This document shows, piece by piece, positions 39,194-53,665 of a DNA stretch of 64,000 bases (within the stretch, counting starts at the first letter, position 1; each line of letters begins with the position of its first letter). The DNA is from Eledone cirrhosa (Eukaryota): positions 9,796,001-9,860,000 of the forward strand of contig OZ024754.1 in the NCBI GenBank assembly GCA_964016885.1, given 5' to 3'. Both the position numbers and the translations under genes were made by a program. A model generated the notes under the pieces. The model worked only from the letters and a program-made list of their open reading frames with translations. It was not told the DNA's origin and did not search any database.

Positions 39194-40192
39194 CCCTTTA
39201 GCATTCACATTACTTTATATTTACTATTGTATTTTCGTGGTAAAGGCTTTACCTCACATAATATTTACATTACTCTATATTTACTATTATATTTTCATGG
39301 TAAAGGCTTTACCTCACATAATATTTACATTATTCTATATTCATGGTTAAGGCTTTACTTCACATAATATTTACATTACTCTATATTTACTATTATATTT
39401 TCATGGTAAAGGCTTTACCTCACATAATATTTACATTATTCTATATTCATGGTTAAGGCTTTACTTCACATAATATTTACATTACTCTATATTTACTATT
39501 ATATTTTCATGGTAAAGGCTTTACCTCACATAATATTTACATTACTCTATATTTACTATTATATTTTCGTAGTAAAGGCTTTACCTCACATAATATTTAC
39601 ATTACTCTATATTTACTATTATATTTTAATAATAATAATGAAATATTGTGTACAGTGCTCAGGTGCACTACAACTCATCAAAAAGTGTATATATAGTACA
39701 TAGGGTAATGTATAAACGTCAGGAAAATGAACAGTGCATGAGTCATGATACACATGTGTGCATGTGTATGGAAGGGGTACATCAGGTGTAGTTTTGGCGT
39801 ATTTCGGGAAGCATGAGTGTCTTAAAGGATGCAGTGTCTCGGCAGCTAACAACTGACGCAGGTAGTTTGTTCCATGCTTCAGCAACTCTGAGCGTGAAAA
39901 AATGTTTACGAAAGTCATGGGAGCTGTGATGTTTTCTGATTTTGTAGGCATGTCCACAGTAAAGGCTTTACCTCACATGATACCTCACATAACATTTACA
40001 TTACTCTATATATACTATTATATTTTCATGGTAAAGGCTTTACCTCACATAATATCGAATCTACAAGATTTTGATGATATTTATTTTGAGAGAAATATCT
40101 TAACATCAGTATGAACAGCTGGTTACGACCAGTTTGAACAGAAAGGGGTGAGAGAATTCTGGCCAGATATGGCTGGTTTAAATGCTAAAGGG
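39194..40192. mobile_element. piggyBac-like MITE expanded by internal 60-bp tandem repeats and carrying a nested CR1 fragment
   Basis: TGAA-CCCTTTAGCATT ... AATGCTAAAGGG-TTAA; the flanks rejoin to ctacaTTAAgggttcaca as seen at ~38650. Confidence 0.8.
39628..39958 (-). mobile_element. CR1-clade LINE 3' end
   Basis: Reverse complement of 61007-61335. Confidence 0.8.
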
Positions 40193-41114
40193 TTAAGGGT
40201 TCACATGTCTCTGGAATTCTTAATCATTTGCATGTTAATTTCACAAGCAGACCATTCTGTTATTTGAACAACTGGAACTCTCAACATTGGAACCAGCGTA
40301 GGTGCAACAACAACAACATTTCTTTTGAACAGAAATGTCAATGATTTTTGGTCTATTCCTTCATCATCTTTCTTCCAGTAATATAAACGTAGCAATTTAA
40401 ACAGTTTCTCTAAATGCCACATCGAAGGAACAACCATGGGTGGGGATAAGTAAATTCGGATAGTATATCATAGATGTAAGTACAATTCTAACTACACAAA
40501 ACACAAATCTTAATGATTAGAGAAGCCAACCAAAATATCTCAGGTTTTATTACTATTAAAAAAAACCTATAAAAAAAAAAAAACACGCACACAAATTATA
40601 ATAAATATAAAATAATAAAAAAATAATAATAATAAAAAAAAATTATCAGTTGAAAAGTTATTTTCTTGAGCGAATGGAGAAGAAAGGAGCGAAAGATTTC
40701 AAACTGTTATCTAACTTCTTCAACATCAGCGACATACTTCTATCAGATATAGATATATAAAAAAAAGCTGTAGCAGGGGGCTCTGTTCATTAAAAAAGAA
40801 TGCCAAGAAGACACCTTACAAGTTCTATCACAAACCTAATAATATGAAAATTAATGACACACGCAAACCTGCAGGATGTTTGCTTTTCTTATTGTTTTTT
40901 TTTTATTATTATTATTTTTTTTTTATTTAATTTTATATCATTTTCTATCATTTCATTTCATTTTTTTTAAATTTTATTTATTTATTTATTTATTTTTTTG
41001 TCTTTATTTGTTTTATAATTTACATTTGCCCAATACAGATAGCTAACAGGCATGATTAAAACTATTTTAAATACTCACAGAATTCAATTTGACTATATAT
41101 CAAATAATGTCAAA

Positions 41115-41155
<41 letters not shown>

Positions 41156-41307
41156 TGTATATATGTAATTATCTATATATACATGTATGAGTGTATGTAT
41201 GTATATGTGCATATATATATATATATATATATACGCATACACATATATATATATATACCCACACAGGTAAAAGCAAAAACAACACAGCCACACATAATTA
41301 TATATAA

Positions 41308-41346
<39 letters not shown>

Positions 41347-41389
41347 TATGTTTATGTGTGGCTGTGTGTCTTTGCTTATATCTGTGTAG

Positions 41390-41452
<63 letters not shown>

Positions 41453-41495
41453 TATGTTTATGTGTGGCTGTGTGTCTTTGCTTATATCTGTGTAG

Positions 41496-41561
<66 letters not shown>

Positions 41562-41599
41562 GTTTATGTGTGGCTGTGTGTCTTTGCTTATATCTGTGT

Positions 41600-41656
<57 letters not shown>

Positions 41657-41696
41657 TATGTGTGGCTGTGTGTCTTTGCTTATATCTGTGTAGGTG

Positions 41697-41793
<97 letters not shown>

Positions 41794-42205
41794 ATATATT
41801 TATATATATGTTTATGTGTGTGTTTGTACTACATCATATACAAAATTGTATGCTCATATTTCACTGCTGATACAAATTGGAAACAGAACAACATAAATAT
41901 GGTGGAGTTTTCATAAAATCTAAGGGTTTATCAAATTACTTTATTTTTCTTCATTTGCTTTTTCTTTGTTGATTTTTTTTTTTTTTGCTTGAAAAACAAC
42001 AACAACAACGACAATGAAACGAAAAGAATAGAAACCATATAAATACTCTACCGCAAATAAAAAATATATATACCCCCCCCCCCCCCCTCCCCCTACCGTG
42101 TTCATATTACACTAATGGCCTCCAAAGGTAACATGACAGGTTGGAGTGTGTTTTCTTATTAAAGTAAGGAACATGGTTTTTATATTTTTCTGCCAGTAAT
42201 ATACC

Positions 42206-42284
<79 letters not shown>

Positions 42285-42295
42285 TACATACATGT

Positions 42296-42334
<39 letters not shown>

Positions 42335-42339
42335 CATAT

Positions 42340-42392
<53 letters not shown>

Positions 42393-42471
42393 TACATATA
42401 CACACATATATATATATATAAATATATATACATATACACACATATATATATATATAAATATATATACATAT

Positions 42472-42502
<31 letters not shown>

Positions 42503-42775
42503 AATATACATACATATACACACATATATATATATAAATATATACATATATATACACACACATATATATATAAATATACATATATACAAATATATACACA
42601 TACATATAAATATACACACATATATACATATATATATATATACACATATATATATATAAATATTTATATACACATATATATAAATATATATATACCCATA
42701 TACACATATATATAAATATATATACATGTATACACACACACACACACACATAAATATATATATATACATGTATAT

Positions 42776-42806
<31 letters not shown>

Positions 42807-42890
42807 CATATATATATATCATCATCATTTTACGTCCGCTTTTCCCTGCTTGCAAGGGTGGGACGGGTCTTATTCAACACAGCATCACTC

Positions 42891-42928
<38 letters not shown>

Positions 42929-43762
42929 AGATATAGATATATATATATATATCTATATCTACACACATATATATATGTGTGTGTAGATATAGATATATAT
43001 ATATATATATCTACACACATATATATATGTGTGTATGTGTTTAACGATATACAAATATGTACATTTATATATTCATATAGATATTTCTACTCACACTCAC
43101 ACACACACACATATGTGTGTATATGTGTGTGGCTAATGTAGACATGTATGTATGTCTAAGAGCATGTGCTTTTTCTATAACTGATATAATACAAACCATG
43201 TAGCTACCAAGATGTTTCCTATATTCTACTCTTTTCTCTTATCTATTAGGCAGAAATAACAACAATAACAACAATAATAAAAATAAAATAAAAATACAAT
43301 TAAAAAAAAAAAAATATATATATATATAAAGATAAAAATAAAAATTAAATTAAAAAAAAAATATATATATATATATAAAAATAAAAAATATAAAAATACA
43401 ATTAAAAAAAAAAAATATATATATATATATATAAAAATAAAAAAATAAAAAATATAATGATATTGCTGATGATGATAATTCCATGATTAAATATCATGTG
43501 ACTTGCTTCCAAGTTGAATATATTCAAGTTTAGGATATAAAATAAAATAAATATAATAAAATCACTAAAGGCTTCCGCTGAAACTAAACAATTAATACAT
43601 TACTTCACCTAATGAATGGTTTCAGATAAAAAAAAAATTATACCAATCAACCATGAACCTGTACACACACACACACACACATATATAATACACATACTGA
43701 GACTGCATACACACACTCAGAGATACACACACACACAAACAAACAAACACATGTATATAAAT

Positions 43763-43793
<31 letters not shown>

Positions 43794-43892
43794 CACACAC
43801 ACATACTGAGACTGCATACACACACACACACACACACAGACTGCATACACACACTCAGAGATACACACACACATGTATATAAATACACACAC

Positions 43893-43925
<33 letters not shown>

Positions 43926-44064
43926 GACTGCATACACACACTCAGAGATACACACGTACATATATATACACACACACAGATGTTATTTTTAATTATCCCC
44001 CTCTGTCCAGGCGTTCCAATACTTCAGAAGTTGCCTACATTTTTATTTCTATGTATTTTGAAAT

Positions 44065-44990
44065 AATAATGGTTTCTACTTTTGGCACAAGGCCAGCAAT
44101 CACCCAGTGTATTACTGGTACTTTATTTTATCGACATAAGCTAATCTCTGAGAGATTTTAAACTCTTTCAATTTAATCGACTTTCCCCCTACCTCAAAAT
44201 TATTGGCCTTAAGCCTAGAAACCATTATTCTGAAACCTTTATCATCATTGCCATGCTTGGCAGCAAAGAGTTACGGCCCTTTATGATCTGAGTTCAAATC
44301 CCGCCGGGGTTAACTTTGCCTTTCATCCTTATGGGGTCGATAAAATAAAGTACCAGTAATACACTGGGATAATTGCCGGCCCTGTGCCAAAAGTAGAAAC
44401 AATTATTAAGTCTGAGTTCAAATCCCACCGAGGTTAACTTTGCCTTTCATCCTTACGGGGTCGATAAAATAAAGTACCAGTAATGTACTGGAGTAATTGC
44501 TGGCCTTGTGCCAAAAGTAGAAACAATTATTATTATTAGGGCGGTGGATTGGCATAATCGGTAGAGCGTCGGACACCATGCTTTGCAGCATAGAGTTATG
44601 GCTCTTTACAATCTGAGTTCAAATCCCGCCGAGGTTAACTTTGTCTTTCATCCTTATGGGGGTTGATAAAATAAAGTACCAGTAATGCACTGGGGTCAAT
44701 TTAACCCTTTAGCATTTAAACTGGCCATATCCAGCCAGAATTCTCCCTCCTTTTTTTGTTCAAACTGGTTGTAATTGGCAAGTTATACTGATGTTAAGGT
44801 ATTATTCTCAAAATAAATAATATCAATATCTTGTACATTCGATATTTTGTGAGATAATTATGTGAAATAAAGCTTTTACAATTAAAATACAATAATAAAT
44901 ATAGAGTAATGTGAATGCTTAAAGGGTTAATCGACTTTCCCCTTCCCCCAAAATTGCTGGCCTTGTGCCTAAATTAGAAACAATTATCAT
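44065..44990. mobile_element. Cluster of ~5 SINE family B copies/fragments in both orientations
   Basis: Repeated TGAGTTCAAATCCC...GCCTTTCATCC...GTACCAGTAAT...GTAGAAACAATTATT. Confidence 0.85.
44705..44926. mobile_element. piggyBac-like MITE with TTAA TSD, nested in a SINE B
   Basis: TTAA-CCCTTTAGCATT ... AATGCTTAAAGGG-TTAA; the SINE sequence resumes after the TSD. Confidence 0.85.
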
Positions 44991-45346
44991 TAGAAATAGT
45001 AATTAGAGTGGTGAGTTGGTAGATATGTTAGAGTGTTAGACACATGCTATATTCTACATTAAACAGTCTCAGTTGTTTTGGTCTCACTCTACTCCAAGTC
45101 TAGCCAATGGTGGCGCTATTCCTCACCTGCCATGGTCTATTCTACTTCAACAGATCAATGAAAACAAATATAACGAGTTTGAAAAATTAAATTAAAAATT
45201 AATTAACTAATTCACTGTAAATTGGTATTAAGGTTATACAACCACAGTGAACCTATAAATATTTATACCAATGTAAAATGCTGTCATTCATCATCATTAC
45301 TATTTGTCCGCCCTTGTGGCTAATAAATGAAATCATTATTATTATT

Positions 45347-45550
45347 AGGGCGGTGGATTGGCAGTATCGGTAGAGGGTCGGACGCCATGCTTTCCAGCAT
45401 AGTTACGTCCCTTTACGATCTGAGTTCAAATCCCGCCGAGGTTGACTTTGCCTTTCATCCTTACGGGGTCGATAGAATAAAGTACCAGTAATGCACTGGG
45501 TAATTGCTGGCCTTGTGCCTAAAGTAGAAACAATTATTATTATTATTATT
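45347..45550 (+). mobile_element. SINE family B, full length
   Basis: GGGCGGTGGATTGGCAGTATCGGTAGAG (A-box-like), GAGTTCAAATCCC (B box), (ATT)n tail. Confidence 0.88.
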
Positions 45551-45644
45551 ATCATCGGAGTCTCAGTCATTGATGTTATTTAACTGGAAAGTTAAAATTA
45601 TTATTATTATGATCACTACTACTACTACTACTACTACTACTATT

Positions 45645-46535
45645 TCCGTGGAACATCCACCTCGGCGTTCTATAGAGGACTAGTGGAGGGGAAGAGTGAC
45701 GACGTTCTCGGAGAGATCCTGGGCATCGAAGATCAGCTGTTTGCTCTCTTCCGGAGAACTTTCAGCCCAGGGCCTATGGATAACTTCCAAAAATCCCTGG
45801 CCTGGCAGTGCTACCGGGGAGCGCTGCCAGTTCGAGATAAGCTCTACAGGCACGGAAGTACCGTCAGCCGAGCCTGTCCGAGAAGCGTGAAGAGCGACGA
45901 AACTGTCGTGCACGCACTCGTTCAGTGCCCGAGCATTGCTGACTTGTGGAGCTATGTCGAACAGTTGCTGTCGCGTGTAGGACTGATCCGGTTATCGACC
46001 GAGTCCATTGTGCAGATGGTCTCGCCGTCTTCTTTCAAGGAGGAAGGGCAGGCGGTTTTCATCTGCCTGGTGGCCATGGTGAAAGTGATTGTGTGGTGGA
46101 CAAGGTTGAAAAGGTTGAAGACAGACACTTTCCTCTTTGGCGAATCCCTAATTAACTTTTTCAAGTTTCACTTGAAGAGAAAAATCAGGGTGGAGAGGCA
46201 AGTGAACGGGACCGCTCTTAATATACGCCTGTTGTTTGAGAAATGGAAACATTGAGAGAGGGCCCTTGCCCTGGTGGTCAAGGTGGCCGTGGTCTTTTGT
46301 GTGGTTTTCGCCACGAGTAACCCTCGTAGGTTTCCCCCCTATTGGGGAATTTTTCATTGTTTGAATTTTCATTTTTATTGTTTATATATATATATATGTG
46401 TGTGTTTCTATGTCTTTTTTCTATTTCTTTCCTTATATAAATAATAAGAATCTTTACACGCACAAAACCCACATCGTACCGTCTGTAATATTTTTCTTGA
46501 TGTCAGCCCTTGTGGCCAATAAAGAAATCATTATT
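45645..46535 (+). mobile_element. L1/Tx1-clade LINE ORF2 C-terminal fragment (zf-RVT) + 3' UTR
   Basis: LAWQCYRGALPVRDKL...CPRS...ETVVHALVQC...LW; ends CCCTTGTGGCCAATAAAGAAATC(ATT)n. Confidence 0.82.
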
Positions 46536-46545
46536 ATTATTACTA

Positions 46546-46725
46546 ATTGGCAGTATCGGTAGAGGGTCGAACATGCTTTCCAGCGTAGTTACGTCCCTTT
46601 ACGCTCTGAGTTCAAATCCCACCGAGGTTAACTTTGCCTTTCATCCTTACGGGGTCGATAAAATAAAGTACCAGTTATACACTGGGATAATTGCTGGCCT
46701 TGTGCCAAAAAGTAGAATCAATTAA
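46546..46725 (+). mobile_element. SINE family B
   Basis: Matches the other copies. Confidence 0.85.
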
Positions 46726-46951
46726 TATTTTCATTGTCTTGTTTCCTACTTTGTTCTCTAGTTCTATTTATTGCCTATTTATTAATGTCTTTACAGTTAT
46801 GGCTGAATCCACCCCCTCCCTTCCCCACAGTTCCTTGTCCTTGGCGTTGCTGTTGTTGCTGCTGTTGTTGTTGTTTTATGTATTTTATGCTCATTACTAC
46901 CCCTCCCCCAATATATTTAACCCTTGTGGCTAATTAAATAAATAGATAAAT

Positions 46952-48220
46952 CATCACCACCTCCACCACCATCGTCATCATTATCATTATCATCATCATC
47001 ACCACCACCACCACCACCACCACCACCATCATATCATCACCACCACCACACCACCACTACCATATCATCATAATCATCACCACCTCCATCAACACCACAT
47101 CATCACCACCACCACCAACACCACACCACCATCACCACGACCTCCACCATCATATCACATCATCCTTACAATCACCACCACCTCCACCTACACCACATCA
47201 CCACCACCACCTCCACCATCATATCACATCATCCTTATCACCACCACCACCACCACCACCATCATATCACATCATCCTTATCACCACCACCACCACCACC
47301 ACCACCACCACCACCTCCACCATCATATCACATCATCCTTACAATCACCACCACCTCCACCTACACCACATCACCACCACCACCTCCACCATCATATCAC
47401 ATCATCCTTATCACCACCACCACCACCACCACCACCTCCACCATCATATCACATCATCCTTATAATCACCACCACCTCCACCTCCACCACCACCACCTCC
47501 ACCTACACCACATCATCCTTACAATCACCACCACCACCACCACCACCACCACCACCACCATATCATCATCATCATGGCCGTGATGTTTTGCTACAATTCT
47601 ACTGTAAGAGTATAGGAAAGTATTGAAACTCATTGCATATGGCCGAAATGAGCAAAATGATTGATATAGAAAACAGCACTTCAATGGAATGAAGAGTGAG
47701 GGAGGAGAAGGAGGGGGAGGAAGAGGGGGGTGAGGAGGGGGAGGGGGAAGGGGGAGGAAGAGGGGGGGATGATGAGGGGGATGAGGAGGGGGAGGAGGAG
47801 TACATGTTAGCTGTGGTACTGATGGGAGTGATAAGAGATAGGGTGATGGTGGTAGTGGTGAGAGTGTTGGTAGTGGTGATATGGTGGTAGTGGTGAGAGT
47901 GCTGGTGATGGTGAGAGTGCTGGTAGTGGTGATGGTGGTAATGATGGTGATAGTAGTGGTGTTGGTGGTGGTGGTGTTGATGGTGGTAGTAGTGGTAATG
48001 GTGGTAGTAGTGGTAGTGGTGATGGTGAGAGTGCTGGTAGTGGTGATGGTGGTAATGTTGGTGGTGGTGGTGTTGGTGGTAGTGGTGTTGATGGTGGTAG
48101 TAGTGGTAATGGTGAGAGTGGTAATGGTGAGAGTGGTGATGGTGATGGTAATGGTGGTGATGGTGATAATGGTCGTGATGGTGATAGTGGTAATGGTGAT
48201 GGTGGTGGCATTGGTGATGA
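46952..48220. repeat. (CAC/CAT)n tract (46952-47574) and oppositely oriented (GTG/GAT/GTA)n tract (47820-48220)
   Basis: Compound triplet repeats; the His-rich ORF lacks any other support. Confidence 0.9.
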
Positions 48221-48697
48221 AAATCTTCCCTAAGATCGGTTACAAGGTGAACAGACAGACAAAGTTTGAGTTTATGGAAGGCTATATTTTCTTTGCGACT
48301 CTCTTCTGCGAGAACCTGTGACATTAGCTACTCTTCAGCCAGTCGATCAAGCAGGCAAAAGAAGCATCTCAAAGAAAGCCTGCGCAAGAAAAATCTAATA
48401 AATTTGTGTGAAGACTTAGTTTAATATCCATTCTTTGGCACCTTCTGTGATTAAAATGTAGTCATTTTTTTTTCTAATGTTAACCGACATCAAAGAAAAA
48501 GGGCAAAGTTTGGCATCATAAGTTCAGAAGAACCCAAAGCTATACGGATATAAATATACAAATGCGTATGTGTACGTATGTGTGTGTGTGTGGTTGTGTA
48601 ACAGTGTCTGTAAAGAGAGAGAGAGAGAGAGTTATAAATTATACATATGAATCTGTATATCTTTGCATATACGTAAGGTGTGGATATATGTGTAAGC

Positions 48698-48737
<40 letters not shown>

Positions 48738-48875
48738 GTATGTATGTATGTGTGTGTGTGTGTGTATATGTGTGTGTGTGAATATATGAGTATGTGTGTG
48801 TATATATATATATGTATGAGTATATGAGTATGTGTGTGCATATATATATATGTATACATGCATATATATATGTAT

Positions 48876-48907
<32 letters not shown>

Positions 48908-49823
48908 CATCATCATTTTACGTCCGCTTTTCCCTGCTTGCATATATATATATATATATATGCATGTATATATATATAAAATTACCTATATATATTAAAA
49001 ATCCTTTGAACTTTAACTATAAATACACTAGAAAGTTCACAGTGTTCTCAAGATTTATGTGAACGGAGATGTGTTTGCATATTGAATCATGTCTATTTTT
49101 ATGTGCCCGCGCAGAGAATGAAATCAACAAGATTTGATTTTGGATCTATTTAAATGGTTCTACATGTGTCAAAATAGTTTTTGATATTTCATTTATTTGG
49201 CATTTTAGTAGCAGGAAAATGATTATTGCAGAGTACAAATTGAGAAATATAGTCTAAAATTTTAAAGATTGCCTTCAAATATATTATAAACTATTTTAAT
49301 GGAATTTGCATTTTCTTAGAATTGAGACTGCACACTTTGATATAACTCTGTTTATCTATGGTGGGATTCTAGACACACACTTATAGGTATATATATATAT
49401 ATATGTATGTATATATCCAAGTATATATGTATTTGTAAGGTGATGAAATGGCAGACTTGTTAGAATGTCAGATAGAATACTTTATGGTATATTTTCTCGT
49501 TCAAATCTCATTAAGATCAATTTTGCATTTCATCCTTTTGAGGTCCATTAAAAAAAAGTACCAGTCTAGTACTGGGATTGATTTTTCTTCTTTGTCTCTT
49601 TCTCTCTTTATCCTTCTCTGGAAGAAATCTGATCTGCCGTGTTCAGATCTCATTTTGATAGAATTTCACGTCATCATTTACCTTATTCACACTAACACTT
49701 GGTCTAAATATAGCTAGCCCTACATACATATATATATATATTATCAGTAAACGTATTTTGTACTTAATTTTTACATCTTTATCATTTCTACTTCTTTATA
49801 CTTTTATTATCTTTTATTATTGA

Positions 49824-50009
49824 GGGCGGTGGATTGGCAGTATCGGTAGAGGGTCGGACGCCATGCTTTCCAGCATAGTTACGTCCCTTTACGATCTGAG
49901 TTCAAATCCCGCCGAGGTTGACTTTGCCTTTCATCCTTACAGGGTCGATAAAATAAAGTACCAGTAATACACTGGGTAATTGCTGGCCTTGTGCCTAAAA
50001 GTAGAAACA
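49824..50009 (+). mobile_element. SINE family B, full length with 18-bp TSD
   Basis: ATTATCTTTTATTATTGA at 49806-49823 and 50010-50027. Confidence 0.92.
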
Positions 50010-50095
50010 ATTATCTTTTATTATTGATGTTATTGTTTGCATTCACTTGATTCTCCGATGTATCTATAAATACCAGTGCCATGTGTTACACCCTC

Positions 50096-50210
50096 CAGTA
50101 TTCCGATGATTTGATCAGAGACACACACTGTATTTAAGGTCGAGTGATGCAACTTCGAGTGATTAGCGGCCTTTAGACTCACCTGATCAATGAAACAACT
50201 GTTAATACTG
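50096..50210 (+). ncRNA. Type I hammerhead ribozyme motif with ~80-nt stem II
   Basis: Stem I CAGTATT/AATACTG; CCGATGA (U4C variant); stem II TTGATCAG/CTGATCAA; GAAAC-AACT-GTT; AATAAA immediately after. Confidence 0.68.
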
Positions 50211-50361
50211 TAAATAAAACCCTTTTTTGTACAGCTGACCATTTTATTCTTCACTCTTTCACTACTATCTTCCTGTTATATCAAGCGTTACCCTAATATA
50301 TCCCTTCCATATACTGTACTGATTGTGTTGTTATTTCTGTTTACCTTTTACATATATATAT

Positions 50362-50700
50362 GGAGGCACATGGCTTAGTGGTTAGAGCATTGGGCTTGCA
50401 ATCGAAAGATTGTGAGTTCAATTCTCAGACCGGGTGATGTGTTGTTTCCTTGAGCAAGAGACTTTATTTCACATTGCTCCAGTTTACTCAGCTGTAGAAA
50501 TGAGATGATAGGGACTGGGGTCCAAATCATTCCCCTGCAAAGTGGTTGTGGAGGTGCCACGGCATAAAAACACCCATCACTCACTGTAAATGAGGTTGGT
50601 GTTAGGAAGGGCATCCAGCTGTAGAAATCAAGCCAGAATCAGTTCCCGTCCCACCCTTGCAAGCAGGGAAAAGCAGACATAAAATGATGATGATGATGAT
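50362..50700 (+). mobile_element. SINE family A, full length
   Basis: Complete from head to (GAT)n tail. Confidence 0.9.
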
Positions 50701-51225
50701 ATATATATATATATATACAAATATAATTTCAGCGATATCGAATTTCGGCTATGGTCGAAAACAAAGCGAAACGCAATATCCGAGTTATGCTGGCAAGCGC
50801 TCCATGGATCAAATAAAGACGAGAGCAATAAATATAGGTTATAAAGGCCAAACAAACTGAGATGGCGGTCAAGAAGCCATTAACCACCTAAGCCAAAAAG
50901 ACGAGGCAAGCCAAACAGGTCAAACAAAATATATATATATATATATATATCTAATACCCTCATCGACCTCTAAAATGTTAACTATAATGAGTAGTGGTAT
51001 TAAAAAATATACACATGTATATCTGCATATACACACATTCATATATACAACCACAACTCCCATAAACTTCCATTGGTCATTGTATTGAACAATTCCAATT
51101 AATTATATAGACCTCATATACACATGTTTCTGTATAGACACATGAATAAACTTATGTACTGTATACATCTACATGTGTGTGTGTGTATTGTATACATATA
51201 CATATGTGCGTGTGTAAGTATGTAT

Positions 51226-51277
<52 letters not shown>

Positions 51278-51974
51278 TGAGCTTCTCTTCAAAGTACAGA
51301 GTATATGGTTATGTTTATGTAGGTATTAACATGTGGGCGTATATTTACATGTGTATATATATATATATATATATGTGTATATATATAGGTGTACATATAC
51401 ACATATGTAGACATGCATACACATGTGAGTATATATATATATATATATTCTAGAACCTTCTTTCTTTCTTTCTTATTTATTCAAACACCTATCTTGTGTA
51501 TTAGTGTGTAAAAGCAGTTGTGGGGGCACAAATATATGCGTGTGTGCATATATGTATGTGTGTATATATGTGTATGTGTATATGTGTGTGTGTGTGTGTA
51601 TGCATATATGTGTGTGCATATATATGTGTGTGTATATATATATGTGTGCATATATCTGTGTGTGTATATACATGTATGTTGTTAAACCTTTCCAGATACA
51701 CACAAGTTCACATTTATTCACGTACCAATGAATTTTCAAATTTATGGACTGCCATCACGTGACATTAATAGTAGTTTCTAGAATATTCTATTCATTTCTA
51801 TAAATATATCAACTGTTCTTTTTTTTTTTAACCTCAGTTTGAAAAGTGCTTTAGCATGAAATTCTAGGTCCCTGAGCAATTCCTGTAGTAATTTAAGAAA
51901 TTCAAAGAAATATATATATGCATATACACACATACATACTTGCACACCCACACACATATATATATATATATATA

Positions 51975-52271
51975 TCATCATCATCATCATCATTTTACGT
52001 CCGCTTTTCCCTGCTTGCAAGGGTGGGATGGGAACTGTTTCTGGCTTGATTTCTACAGCTGGATGCCCTTCCTAACACCAACCTCATTTACAGTAAGTGC
52101 TGGGTGCTTTTTTCCCCGTGGCACCTCCACGAGCACTTTACATTGTGGGCTGGGTGCTTTTTGCCGTGGCTCCTCCACGACCACTTTGCAGTGGAATGAT
52201 AGGGACCCGAGTCCCTATCATCTCATTTCTATGGCTGAGTAAACTGGAGCAATGTGAAATAAAGTGTCTTG
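51975..52271 (-). mobile_element. SINE family A, head truncated
   Basis: Matches the other copies. Confidence 0.88.
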
Positions 52272-53329
52272 CATATACATACATACATGCATATGCATAC
52301 ATAGTTGCACACACATACATATATGCATAAATGCATATACACACACACACATACATATATCCGTAAACACACACACACATTCATATACACACAAACTCAC
52401 ACACATATGTATATAAGAAGTGTTTTACGGTAATATTCCCTTCTAGATCAGGGGTTAGCTGAACAGTCCTCCTGGCAAACTTTCCTATCACCAACCACTT
52501 TCCAGAGTATACTGGGTTCCTGTCACATAAGGAAGGTTATATTTCTATATGGGAAAAAATGATGAAATGGTCTTGGTAGGAATTTTTTGATTATGATTCT
52601 GCTCTGTCATGGAAGACCTGTTGCTAAACAACAGCAAATTTTGGAGGGAAAGGGAAAAGTTGATCAAAATCATCCCAGTAATTGACTGGGGTTTTATTTT
52701 ATAGATCCCTGAAGGAAGAAAAAGTAAAGATAATCTTGGCAGGATTTGAACTCAGAATCTAGAAGTATATAGCTAAGTACCACAATGCATTTTGTTCAGC
52801 ACCACTTATTCTATTTTATATATGATACGATATTAAAACATATATCAGTGCATGATATTAAAACATATTGCATGTGAGGATATTAAAAGATATTTCATTT
52901 CAGCATATAACTAAATACCACAACTACTACACTGCACAGATTCAGTACAATGATATTAAAATACTTCATGACATTAAAACATATCATCGCATGCATTAAC
53001 ATCAAAAGATATTTTATCTATATATTTAGAGCAATTCAAGTAAAGTATTTTACATTTTCTTTTGTTTTTGTTGTAGTTTTTTTCTTATCTTATTGCTAAA
53101 ACCAGCCCAAATCTAAGGACTAGAATATATCTGTAATAATTATGGCGTTATTGTACCCTGACAGAAATTCACCATTAATTGTATTTGAGGAGCAACTTTA
53201 GAAACTAGAAGCAGCTAACTGTAAACTGAAATGACATTTAGGAAATGTTTACATGTTGGTAGAAGAAAACATGGTCTTTTCTCTCACTCTCTCTCCTAGT
53301 TCGAGTCTGTTATTTAATATGGTATTCAC

Positions 53330-53665
53330 TTACTAAAACAATTAGATGGACATAGTGTGCTACTTGGAGATCAGAGTCACTCCAGGTAGAGCCACTACTT
53401 CTCCAAATTGAAAGATCACAGCTCTGATACGACGAGCATGTGGCTAGTATGTCTGAGGAAAGAATCGCTGGACAGATTTTACAGGCAAAACCAACTGTCA
53501 AGAAACCCAGGGGTAGACCTCAATCAAGATGGTTGGATAACATCCATGAGCTTGGCTAGTTACGCTTGGGGATCCAGTCAGATCAGTTGAAAATGGTTGC
53601 TTCTGACAGGACCCGCTGGAAGGAGTGTTTGAGGACTCCGCCCCTACGACTTTCTCAGGAATAAG
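53330..53665 (+). mobile_element. Decayed RTE-clade LINE 3' end
   Basis: VEPLLLQIERSQL*YDEHVASM...KPRGRPQSRWLDNI...DRTRW. Confidence 0.75.

Noticed and set aside
47599-48324. His-rich 241-aa ORF
   Set aside because: Compound triplet microsatellite; no convincing splice sites or homology
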